64,000 nucleotides of DNA, from the NCBI RefSeq assembly GCF_006345805.1, contig NC_042998.1, forward strand, positions 129,952,001 through 130,016,000, given 5' to 3'. The translations under genes were made by a program, and so were the position numbers. The notes under the pieces are model-generated. The model had not been told where the DNA came from, ran no database searches, and saw only the letters and a list, made by a program, of their open reading frames with translations. Shown one piece after another: positions 1 through 10,193 of the stretch (position 1 is its first letter; the number at the start of each line of letters is the position of its first letter). Origin of the DNA: Octopus sinensis (Eukaryota).

Positions 1-1337
1 GCCTTCAGTCTTCAGTCAAGGCTGATTAACCTTTAGATTTCTCCAATCTGTCCAGCGCCGAGGAAAATCTAAGCTAAGCGCATTAGATTCCCTTGAAGAA
101 AGCTTCGAATGTATACAAAACAAAGACGGAAAAACGGACGATGTTACACGAATAAGAATACAAAAATACGTAAAAACAATAATAATAATAATAATACGTA
201 AAAACAATAATGATAATAATAATAACAAAAACAGGACGTCACAAACAGGCGTCTTTCGATAGGACGAGTAAACTTGAGCTGGCGTGTTAGGAATTTGCGC
301 TAGGGCAGAGAGAAAAAAATGTGTGCTGCCGCGACGACTGCTAGACTCGAAGACCAGCAGTCGGTCAGTCAGTCACGTGTGAGGAGAAGAGAGAGGAAAA
401 GAGGGACAGAGGAATCAAGGAGGGGAGAAGAGAGAGAAAAGGGGAACAAGGAATTAAGGAGGAGGAGAAGAGAGAGAGAGAGAGCGAGAAAGAGACAGAT
501 TAAAGTGAAGTGCATATATATATATATTAGATACCCTAATCACCAGGAACTATCCACCTTCACTTATTGACAAGTGCATTCAACGTGCCCTTCAACTTAA
601 CATCAAGGAACTGAGACATCCCAAATCAAAGAAAAACTTACAACCAAAAGCCTTACCATACATCTCCACACACAACCCTCTCAATAACGAAGCCTTCGAC
701 ACCATCCTCCACAACATACCCCTCCTAAAAAAAGACCACAGAATGAACACAATCCTCCAAACACACACGATCATAAAAAGCAAAAGACAGCCTAGATCCA
801 TGAAAAGTCTCCTTACACAAGCCCGAATTCACTCTTCAACACAGAAGCCGACAGTAAAAAATGTGGAAGACCCAATTGCGGGATATGCGACTATCTAATC
901 GAGGGTTCTGAGTTCTCCTTCAAACAGGGACAACGGTTTACAGTGAAAAGCAACTTCACATGTGCTTCGGAGAACCTAATATACTCACTAACCTGCTCCG
1001 GGTGTCAAGAGCAGTACATAGGCCAAACAAAAAATGGTTTGTGTAAACGAATGGCCCTGCACAGATCCCAGATAAAAATTCCCCAAAACAGAAAAATAGC
1101 TTTTAGCCAACACATAGATACTTGCGCCAACAAAAAAACACCAAACTTCAGAAAATCTCTTTATTACAAAATACAAGCCACTTCTTAACGGGTCTACGAC
1201 AAACAATTAATATACCTCAACTTTAGAATAAAAGAAAAAAATATATATACACACACAAATACTACACACCATAGAATCCATTACTAATCAGCCCCTTCAT
1301 AGCTATATTTACACCCATTCATATTCTCCCTTCTCTG

Positions 1338-1580
1338 TTTTTTTGTTCTTCTTCTTCTTCCTCTTCTTCTTCATCATCATCGTTATCATCATCATCGGTA
1401 TCATCATCATCGCCACCATCATCACCACCATCTTCTCCTTCTCCTCCTTCTTCTTCTTCTTCATCATCATCGTTATCATCATCATCGTCGTCATAATCAT
1501 CACCACCATCACCATCATCGTCATCTTCTCCTTCTCCTTCTCCTTCTTCTTCTTCTTCTTCTTCTTCTTCTTCTTCTCCA
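1338..1580 (+). repeat. Compound (TTC)n/(ATC)n microsatellite in the Penelope 3' UTR, mirrored at ~2420-2705
   Basis: Directly visible; it accounts for the poly-E/D/K/M/I ORFs in the track. Confidence 0.95.
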
Positions 1581-1924
1581 CCCCTACCCCTTAAGTTTGT
1601 CACTAATGTTTTTTAGAATAACACCTACGCTAATTCTATAAACAAGCCTGTCAATATAAATATTCTCCTGAATTGAACTGAGACTGCCAGCCGCCACTGA
1701 CCATTCAAAATACGACCATCAGGGCACTCCCAGATTCTCCCACCCCCTTTCCTCACCAGCCTTCCCTCTACTACCCTACCAAGAACTCACAACTACCTCG
1801 AACACACAAGTGAAAACAAGGGAGTCAGAGAAAGGCAGAATGCCACTTAAATCTGAACACTACTATAGAAATATTCTTTTAAAAAAACTTTTCTTCTAAG
1901 TTTTCTAAATTTAATTATTTAATC

Positions 1925-1970
1925 GTTACAGTTGAAAAGGTCTCAAAATGACCGAAACCGGTACTGAAAT
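1925..1970 (+). ncRNA. Minimal type I hammerhead ribozyme motif in the Penelope terminal repeat
   Basis: Stem I GTTACAG (1925-31)/CTGAAAT (1964-70) with one A-A mismatch; core TTGAAAA (1932-38); stem II GGTC-tcaaaat-GACC; GAAA (1954-57); palindromic stem III ACCGGT (1957-62); GUA cleavage triplet ending at 1963. Confidence 0.7.
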
Positions 1971-2045
1971 GTTCACTATAAAATTATTTTAGCATTTTCT
2001 ATTTTTTACTTGTTTTTTCATATATATATTATATATATATAATAT

Positions 2046-2089
<44 letters not shown>

Positions 2090-2092
<3 letters not shown>

Positions 2093-4577
2093 AAATTAGA
2101 AGAAAAGTTTTTTTAAAAGAATATTTCTATAGTAGTGTTCAGATTTAAGTGGCATTCTGCCTTTCTGTGACTCCCTTGTTTGCACTTGTGTGTTGGAGGT
2201 AGTTGTGAGTTCTTGGTAGGGTAGTAGAGGAAGAAGGCTGGTGAGGAAAGGGGGTGGGAGAATCTGGGAGTGCCCTGATGGTCGTATTTTGAATGGTCAG
2301 TGGCGGCTGGCAGTCTCAGTTCAATTCAGGAGAATATTTATATTGACAGGCTTGTTTATAGAATTAGCGTAGGTGTTATACTAAAAAGCATTAGTGACAA
2401 AGTTAAGGGGTAGGGAGTGGAGAAGTAGAAGAAGAAGAAGAAGAAGAAGAAGAAGAAGAAGAAGAAGAAGAAGAAGAGAAGAAGAGAAGAAGAAGAGAAG
2501 AAGAAGAGAGAAGAAGGAGAAGATGACGATGATGGTGATGGGGTGATGATTATGACGACGATGATGATGATAATAATGATGAAGAAGAAGAAGAAGAAGG
2601 AGGAGAAGGAGAAGATGGTGGTGATGATGGTGGTGATGATGATGACGACGATGATGATGATAATGATGATGATGAAGGAGAAGAGGAAGAAGAAGAAGAA
2701 GAAAAAACAGAGAAGGGGGAATATGAATGGGTGTAAGTATAGCTATGAAGGGGCTGATTAGTAATGGATTCTATGGAGTGTAATATTTGTGTGTGTATAT
2801 ATATTTTTCTTTTATTCTAAAGTTGAGGTATATTAATTGTTTGTCGTAGACCCGTTAAGAAGTGGCTTGTATTTTGTAATAAAGAGATTTTCTTTACTTA
2901 TCCGTTGTCTCGAGGTTGTATCGTCCTTAAATTGGTAGAGGGGGAAAATTCTGAAGTTTGGTGTTTTTTTGTTGGCGCAAGTATCTATGTGTTGGCTAAA
3001 AGCTATTTTTCTGTTTTGGGGAATTTTTATCTGGGATCTGTGCAGGGCCATTCGTTTACGCAAACTATTTTTTGTTTGGCCTATGTATGCTCTTGACACC
3101 GGAGCAGGTTAGTGAGTATATTAGGTTCTCCGAAGCACATGTGAAGTTGCTTTTCACTGTAAACCGTTGTCCCTGTTTGAAGGAGAACTCTGGTCCCTCA
3201 ATTAGATAGTCGCATATCCCGCAATTGGGTCTTCCACATTTTTTTACTGTCGGCTTCTGTGTTGAAGAGTGAATTCGGGCTTGTGTAAGGAGACTTTTCA
3301 TGGATCTAGGCTGTCTTTTGCTTTTTATGATCGTGTGTGTTTGGAGGATTGTGTTCATTCTGTGGTCTTTTTTTAGGAGGGGTATGTTGTGGAGGATGGT
3401 GTCGAAGGTTTCGTTATTGAGAGGGTTGTGTGTGGAGATGTATGGTAAGGCTTTTGGTTGTAAGTTTTTCTTTGATTTGGGATGTCTCAGTTGAATGCAC
3501 TTGTCAATAAGTGAAGGTGGATAGTTCCTGGTGATTAGGGTATCTTTTAGTTCTTGTAGTCGTATGTCTCTGGTGTTTGCGTTAGAGACTATAGTGCATA
3601 TCCTTTTTGCTAGATTGAAGGGGATATTCATCCTGGTGTGTCTGGGGTGGCATGAATTGAATGGAAGATATTGCTTAGAGTCTGTAGGCTTATAGTATAT
3701 GTCTGTTTCTATTATATTATTAGCTTTCTTAATGAGGATATCGAGGAAGGGGAGTTGTTGTTGGCTATATTCCACTGTGAATTGGATGTTTACGTCCAGT
3801 CCGTTTAAAATTTTCTGGAATTCTATGAGTTTTTCTATATTTTTATGCCAAAGGATGAAACAGTCATCTAGATATCTCTTCCAGTTGTTTTCTATGTAGA
3901 TGGAGAAAGGGCTGCCATATCTTTCTAGAACCTTACGATACAGACTGGTATCCTATGACTAGGTTGGCAAAGGAGGGGGCCATTCGTGTACCCATCGCAG
4001 TCCCCGATTTTTGTCGGTAGAAATTGTCATTGAAGGCGAAGAAGTTATTTTCCGGGATGAATTTAACCCCTTCTATCACAAATTCTTTTTTGATGCGGTG
4101 TGGTAGTTCGTTGGCGTGATTCTCTAGCCAGAATTGGATTGCCTCTAGTCCTAGGTTGTGGGGGATATTGGAGTAGAGGTTGACTACATCGAAGGATACC
4201 AGTATGGTGTTTTTGTTTATAGTATTCGGTAGGTGATTGAGCATATCTAAGTCGTCCCTTATATAGCTTTTGACATGTTTGAGGAGTGGTTTTAACAGGG
4301 TGTCTAAAAAGTTACTGAGGCGGTGGGTTTCGCATGCGGGACTGCTATTATGGGTCTCAATTTGAGGTCATTAGGATTAGGGACTTTAATTATTTTGTCT
4401 GTAGCTATCTTGCATGCGTTGCTTATTTTTTCACTTTTGTGGATCTTAGGTATACCGTAGAATTGGCTAGTTTTACTTGTGAAATTGGTCATATAATCAT
4501 ATTCTTTGTCGGTGAGCCCTGCTTTGTATGGGTTTAATATGGATTTTAGTTCCCTCATTATTTTTTGTTGACTGTAG
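2090..4577 (-). mobile_element. Penelope-like retroelement, 5'-truncated and frameshifted (RT plus GIY-YIG)
   Basis: Motifs FYGIPKIHK...LRPII (4304-4558), LVSFDVVNLYSNIP and GTAMGTRMAPSFANL (3933-4244), catalytic YLDD at 3863-3874, FLDILI/YYKPTDSKQYL/SCHP (3065-3775), and YIGQT..LRKRMALH (2833-3099). Confidence 0.95.
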
Positions 4578-4972
4578 TTTTACTCTTTTACTTGTTTCAG
4601 TCATTTGACTGCGGCCATGCTGGAGCACCGCCTTTAATCGAGCAACTCGACCCCGGGACTTATTCTTTTGTAAGCCCAGTACTTATTCTATCGGTCTCTT
4701 TTGCCGAACCGCTAAGTAACGGGGACATAAACACACCAACATCGGTTGTCAAGCAATGCTAGAGGGACAAACACAGACACACAAACATATACATACACAT
4801 ACATACATATATATACATATATACGACAGGCTTCTTTCAGTTTCTGTCTACCAAATCCACTCACAAGGCTTTGGTCGGCCCGAGGCTATAGTAGAAGACA
4901 CTTGCCCAAGGTGCCACGCAGTGGGACTGAACCCAGAACCATGTGGTTAGTAAACAAGCTACTTACCACACA

Positions 4973-4976
<4 letters not shown>
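4578..4976 (-). mobile_element. tRNA-derived SINE family A
   Basis: Reverse complement of the copies at 6106, 33562, 49952 and 60980: tRNA-like head with GGTTCAGTCCC B-box-like motif, CCTTGGGCAAG, an internal microsatellite and a GTAAAAGA-repeat tail. Confidence 0.9.
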
Positions 4977-5020
<44 letters not shown>

Positions 5021-5023
<3 letters not shown>

Positions 5024-5389
5024 TCGTGGCACTTCGTCGGTTGTTACGAAGACGAGTGTTCAAGTTGAGCCAATCAACGGAACAGCTTGCTTGTAAAATT
5101 AAAGTGCAAGTGGCTGAGCACTTCATAGGCATGTGTACCCTTAACGTAGTTCTCGGGGAGATTCAGCGTGATATAGAGTGTGACAAGATGCAACAGAAAC
5201 AGGAAGAAAGCTTGAGAGAAAGTTGTGGTGAAAGAGTACAGCAGGGTTCGCCACCACCCACTACTGGAGCCTCGTGGAGCTTTAGGTATTTTCATTCAAT
5301 AAACACACACGACTCACGGTCTGGGAATCGAAACTGCGATCCTATGACCGCGAGTCCGCTGCCCTAACCACTGGGCAATTGCGCCTCCA
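5021..5389 (-). mobile_element. tRNA-derived SINE family C
   Basis: Minus-strand head GGAGGCGCAATTGCCCAGTGGTTAGGGCAGCGGACTCGCGG...GTTTCGATTCCCAG (A/B-box-like); same family as 51045-51360. Confidence 0.85.
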
Positions 5390-5877
5390 TTATATATATA
5401 ATTATTATTATATAATCTCTCCTGTTTGTATTTCCCTTGCCCTGGTTGGGATTAACATTTAGCCAAATCCAATCCATTTAATATCTACTTTAGAACTGAC
5501 ATTAAATATTCATTAAGTTTCTTGCAAATCCAATAGTTACTGTGTATCAATTCGAAAGATTTGGTAATATTTTTAGTCTCAGTTCTTGAAGGCCCCTTTA
5601 CAATACTTGTGATAAGAAATTCTTTGTCTTATCTCATATTCATGTTTCTATAATAATGACTTGGTTAATGTGTTTAAGGTCGATTTCCACTTTTCTGGCA
5701 CAATATTCTGAGGATATAAGCTTCCAATTATTACAATTCTTTATCTATGATTGTTAATACTATTATGCAAAATATAAAGCGAAATGGCCAAAACGTTTTG
5801 TCGTTATAATAATAGTATAAATAAAACCATCAAAGCAAGATCACAACCACCAACAAAGCGGGTGATGATGAGGATGA

Positions 5878-6075
5878 TGGTTTCAAATTTTTCCACAAGG
5901 GCAGCAATTTTGAAGGAAGGGATAATCGACCCCCACTGTTTCACTAGTACTTAATTTATCGACCCCGAAAGGATGAAAGGTAAAGTTCACCTCGGCACAA
6001 TTTAAACTCTGAACGTAACGACGGGCGAAATACCTCTAAGTATTTCTTGCAGCACGCAAACGATTCTACCAGTGC
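5878..6075 (-). mobile_element. tRNA-derived SINE family B (diverged)
   Basis: Contains ATCGACCCCGAAAGGATGAAAGG shared with the copies at 24.4, 39.3 and 48.7 kb. Confidence 0.85.
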
Positions 6076-6105
6076 TTTATATTATTATTAATAATGATAA
6101 TGATA

Positions 6106-6272
6106 GGAGTGGCTGTCTGGTAAAATAGCTCGCTTCCCAACCACACGGTTCCGGGTTCAATCACACTGAGTGGCACCTTGGGCAAGTGTCTTCTATTATA
6201 GCCTCGGACCGACCAAAGCCTTGTTAGTGGATTTGGTAGAAGGAAATTGAAAGAAGTCCGTCGTATATATAT

Positions 6273-6324
<52 letters not shown>

Positions 6325-6514
6325 TTGTTATTTGTATCTGTCTTTGTTTCTCCATCATCGCTTGACAACCGTTGTTGGTGTATTGCGGTTCGGCAAAAAG
6401 AGACTGATAGAATAAGTACTAGGCTTACAAAGAATAAGTCCTGGGGTCGATGCGTTCGACTAAAGGCGGTACTCCAGCATGACCATAGTCAAATGTCTGA
6501 AACAAGTAAAAGAG
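6106..6514 (+). mobile_element. tRNA-derived SINE family A
   Basis: GGAGTGGCTGTCTGGTAA...CCTTGGGCAAGTGTCTTC...(TG)n...GAAACAAGTAAAAGAG. Confidence 0.9.
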
Positions 6515-6580
6515 TGATGATTCCTTTTATATGCCATTAGGCTGAAGGATGAGAGGACCAAACAACACCAACAATAATAA

Positions 6581-7882
6581 CATTAACAACAAATTTCATG
6601 ATCATGCTGATTGCTAAATTCGAATTTTATAACAAAATTTCCTATCACGTCACATTTCCTTGTAAATTACCGACTTAATAACTATGCATTTTGTACCAAT
6701 TTCCACGATACCATAAATTTATTTTGCGCCCGATGTCAGTTCAAATATGTCCATTGCAATTAATTCATAAATATATAATAAATCGGCATGTTCGTTAGCA
6801 TTATATAATATATTAACCAACATTTTAGTATTTACGTCTTCGCTTATAAGATGTCTCAGGTGTGTCACGTTTCAGGTTCCTGTAAAAGTCAGCCAGCATA
6901 GCTGAGGTCCATTTTGCTTTATACCTCTTTTCCATTGACGTTATATCTTGATGGAACCTCTCTCCATGGTCATCATTCACATCTCCTGCACCCTCTGGGA
7001 AGAAGGACAGATGAGAATGAAGAAAGTGTATCTTCAGTGACATATTGCATCCGAGATCTTCGTAACACTTGATTAGGCTCTCCACTATACTCTCTCGATG
7101 GGCCACTTGATTCTTTCCCAGAAGTCCTTTGAATGCATGCCAGGCAGAGCTAATTTTATTCCATTGTTGCCTCGAAGTCCTCATCAGCTATAAGTCGACA
7201 AATCTGAGGGCTTACGAATATGCCTTCTTTAATTTTGGTATCACTTATTTTAGGGAAGATTGCCTTGGGGTGCTGAAAACATGGCTTGTTATGTTGCAGT
7301 ACTTTGGTAAATTGCTTCATTGGGCCTAGTTTATATGCCGTGGTAGCAAAATGATTTTCTCCTTAACTAGTGGCTTATAATTTACATTATAGCATCCAGA
7401 GGTCATAGTTTCCTGAGGTGGCCATTCTGAGCCTACGTAATGTCCTGAGCTGGCTCTACTGTCCCACTTGCAAAGGGAGCACATAAACTTGGTGTAATCA
7501 ATTTGTAACCCATTATGTAGGGCTACAACTTTAAATTTCGCACATATTAGCCACTCATGCGCCTTGTAACATATGTGGTCTAGAATAAAATCGAGATTCT
7601 TATCACTCTTAAAATGACTGATCGAGTAACTGGAACTGAGGGTATGGTATTCCCAATGTGCAACAGAACAGCTAGTATGCTGTAAAGGGATGCATCTATG
7701 AACAATCTCCACTCATTGGGTTCTTAGGTTAGCTCATGGGCATTCAATGGGTCTCTGATATCATTACAATAAATCAAGTTGTTTTCCAAAGTGAACAATT
7801 GCTATAGATCTGCAGAACGCTTCCTAAAAACTGTAATTTGAGCATCTTTATCCGATAGGCTTCCTTGTTGCAGACGTGAGAC
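6581..7882 (-). mobile_element. Degenerate DNA-transposon transposase, Chapaev3-like (C-terminal half)
   Basis: Motifs EWRLFIDAS (~7690-7720), VVALHNGLQIDYTKFMCSLCKWDSRA (7326-7712) and GCNMSLKIHFLHSHL...DHGERFHQDITSMEKRY (6825-7184) match my recollection of Chapaev3 transposases. Stops and frameshifts are present. The left boundary is a guess. Confidence 0.7.
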
Positions 7883-10036
7883 CTTGGGATTACATAGAGA
7901 GTATTTTGCGTAGAATATGAGCAGTTCCCATGTGCACTATCTTTTGAATTTCTGCCATTTTGGGGTTTCCTGGTATCTGAGTTAGGTAGCAATCAGTCCC
8001 TTTCGCTATCATTCCCAGGGCACCTATGACAACAGGTATTGTTTTAGTCTTCAGCTTCCACATTTTGCTGATTTCTATTTCAAGATCTTTATATTTGCTC
8101 AGTTTTTGGTAGGTCTTGACAGATACGTTTATATCGATTGGGACAGTCATATCAATGAGGAGGCATGTTCTTTGTCTGAAGTCTTTCAATATGATGTCTG
8201 GCCTATTTGCATCTATCTTCCTGTCAGTTTGAATGGTGAAGTTCCAGAGGAGTGAGATGTGGTCATTTTCAAGCACAGGAGGTGGATTGTGTTCCCACCA
8301 GTTTTTTTCATGGGGCAAATCCAGGTTTGCAAATTACCCAGTGAATATATTGTGCTGCTCTATCATGTCTACTGAGGTACTCTGTAGGCGCTAGAAGACT
8401 GCATTTGGAGACAACATGGTCAATGGTTTCATTTTGTTGTCGGCATACACGACATGTTGGGCTACTGCCGTTCTTTAATATGTTGGCCTGGTAGTTTCTT
8501 GTTGGTAGGCATTGATCTTGAGCTGCTATGATAAACCCCTCTGTTTCAGATTTTAAGCCAGAGGCCATTAGCCATTGATGGGTCAGGGCTTTGTCGATAT
8601 CTGCATTATTCGCTCTCTTTGGGTATTTGCCATAGAGAGGTTTTTCTTGCCATTTATTATTCAGAATATCTAAGGCCGCAGTTTTGGCACGGGTTTTCAT
8701 GCGCCTAGCTTTTTCTGTGTTTGTTTCTTGTATGTCTATCTCTAATTCCGAAATTGGTTGTATTCGGAATTCACTTAGATATTCCTTTGCCTGTTTTGTG
8801 ACTGAGTATGATGCTTTCTTGTTTTCATGTTTTGAGACAAGTTTTAACATCCAGTCCTCAGAGTTTTTCAGGTAAGTGTCTAGGCCAATTGTAGCAATCT
8901 TCATTGTTATTGCCAGTTGCAAAAGACCACGGCCTCCCTCTTTTCTTGGCAGATAGAGTCGTTCTGTATCTGCCTTAGGATGGTGCATTCTATGCATTGT
9001 CAACAGTTTCCTTATTTTTCTGTCGAGCTGACATGTTTCAGTAATTGACCAATTAACAATATTGAAACTGTAAGTCACGACTGGTATGGCTAATGCATTG
9101 ATCGCTTCGATCCTGTTTCTTGCATTCAGTTCTGTCTTGAGTATTGCTCTCACTCTTCGATAGTATTCTCTCCTGATCCTTTCCTTCATCTCTGAATGCC
9201 TTATTCCGTTCCCTTCAATTACCCCTAGGTACTTGTAGCTCTCCGCTGAGTCTAGTTCTTTTATGACATTCTGCTGGTCAAGGTTAACGTTAGATGTTTC
9301 TGTCATTTTTCCTTTGATAAAGGTAGCCTTTGACAATTTATCGAGGCCGAATTGCATTCTGATGTCGTCACTGAATTGTTTGACTATCGCTAGTAAGCCC
9401 TTGAGTTGTTGGTCATTTTTTGCAAAAAGCTTTAAATCATCCATGTAAATGAGATGATTTATATTTTTATCAAACATTTTATACCCGTACTGCGCGTCAT
9501 TGAGCAGCTTTGAGAGAGGTATTAAGGATAAACAAAAGAGGAGTGGTGACAGTGAGTCACCCTGGAAAATGCCACACGAAATTTTTACATCACCAGCATT
9601 TAGGGATTCATTGTCACTGTTCAGAGTTAGTGTGGTTCTCCATGATCTCATACTTACAGTCAAGAAGTTTCGCAGAGTAGGTGCTATCTTATACATTTCC
9701 AGGCATTTCATAATCCAGCTATGTGGTAGGCTATCAAAAGCCTTTTTATAGTCTATCCAGGCTATTGATAAGATTTTGTGTCGTTTGTGACAATCTTCTA
9801 AGATCATCTTATTGATGAGTAGTTGGTCTTTACAGCCGTAGGATCCACGTTTACATCCTTTCTGTTCATTAGGGAATATACTGCTGTCTGTTAAAAAACT
9901 ATAGGTATATTCCGTCAGGACAGATGTTAGTGTTTTGTACATAGTTGTTAAGCAGGTTATGGGTCTATAGTTTTTTGGTTCATTCGTTTCTTCACTTTTT
10001 GGAAGCAGGAATGTTAACCCATTAACTAGCCAATTA
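7883..10036 (-). mobile_element. R4/Dong-like non-LTR retrotransposon (RT, zinc knuckle, restriction-like endonuclease), 5'-truncated, one frameshift
   Basis: The 544-aa ORF has NEQKGC, DYKKAFDS, GIFQGDSLSPLLF, YMDD (9436-9447), RLYLPRKEGGRGL and CRVC..ETIDHVVSKC..RHD. ORF 7890-8318 has NRPDII..LIDMTVP..KYKDL (PD-D/ExK-type nuclease). Confidence 0.9.
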
Positions 10037-10038
10037 AC

Positions 10039-10106
<68 letters not shown>

Positions 10107-10132
10107 TATTATTATTATATGTTTGACTTTTG

Positions 10133-10190
<58 letters not shown>
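10037..10190. repeat. (TTA)n followed by (TAA)n, separating two divergent LINE copies
   Basis: (TTA)n at ~10037-10100 and (TAA)n at ~10136-10190. Confidence 0.95.

Positions 10191-10193
<3 letters not shown>

Larger units (their letters stand above)
529..2020 (+). mobile_element. 5'-truncated Penelope-like element: RT C-terminal region, GIY-YIG endonuclease, 3' UTR and terminal pLTR-like segment
   Basis: ORF 943-1188 reads FTCASENLIYSLTCSGCQEQYIGQTKNGLCKRMALHRSQI, the Cys-flanked GIY-YIG motif of Penelope elements. 529-~1905 is the reverse complement of ~2090-3545. Flanked by (TA)n on both sides. Confidence 0.9.

Noticed and set aside
1309-1603. Acidic, poly-K and poly-I ORFs
   Set aside because: Translations of the TTC/ATC microsatellite in the Penelope 3' UTR.
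5300-5389. Genuine tRNA genes here and at the other SINE heads
   Set aside because: The tRNA-like heads continue into repeated SINE bodies and lack a complete cloverleaf.
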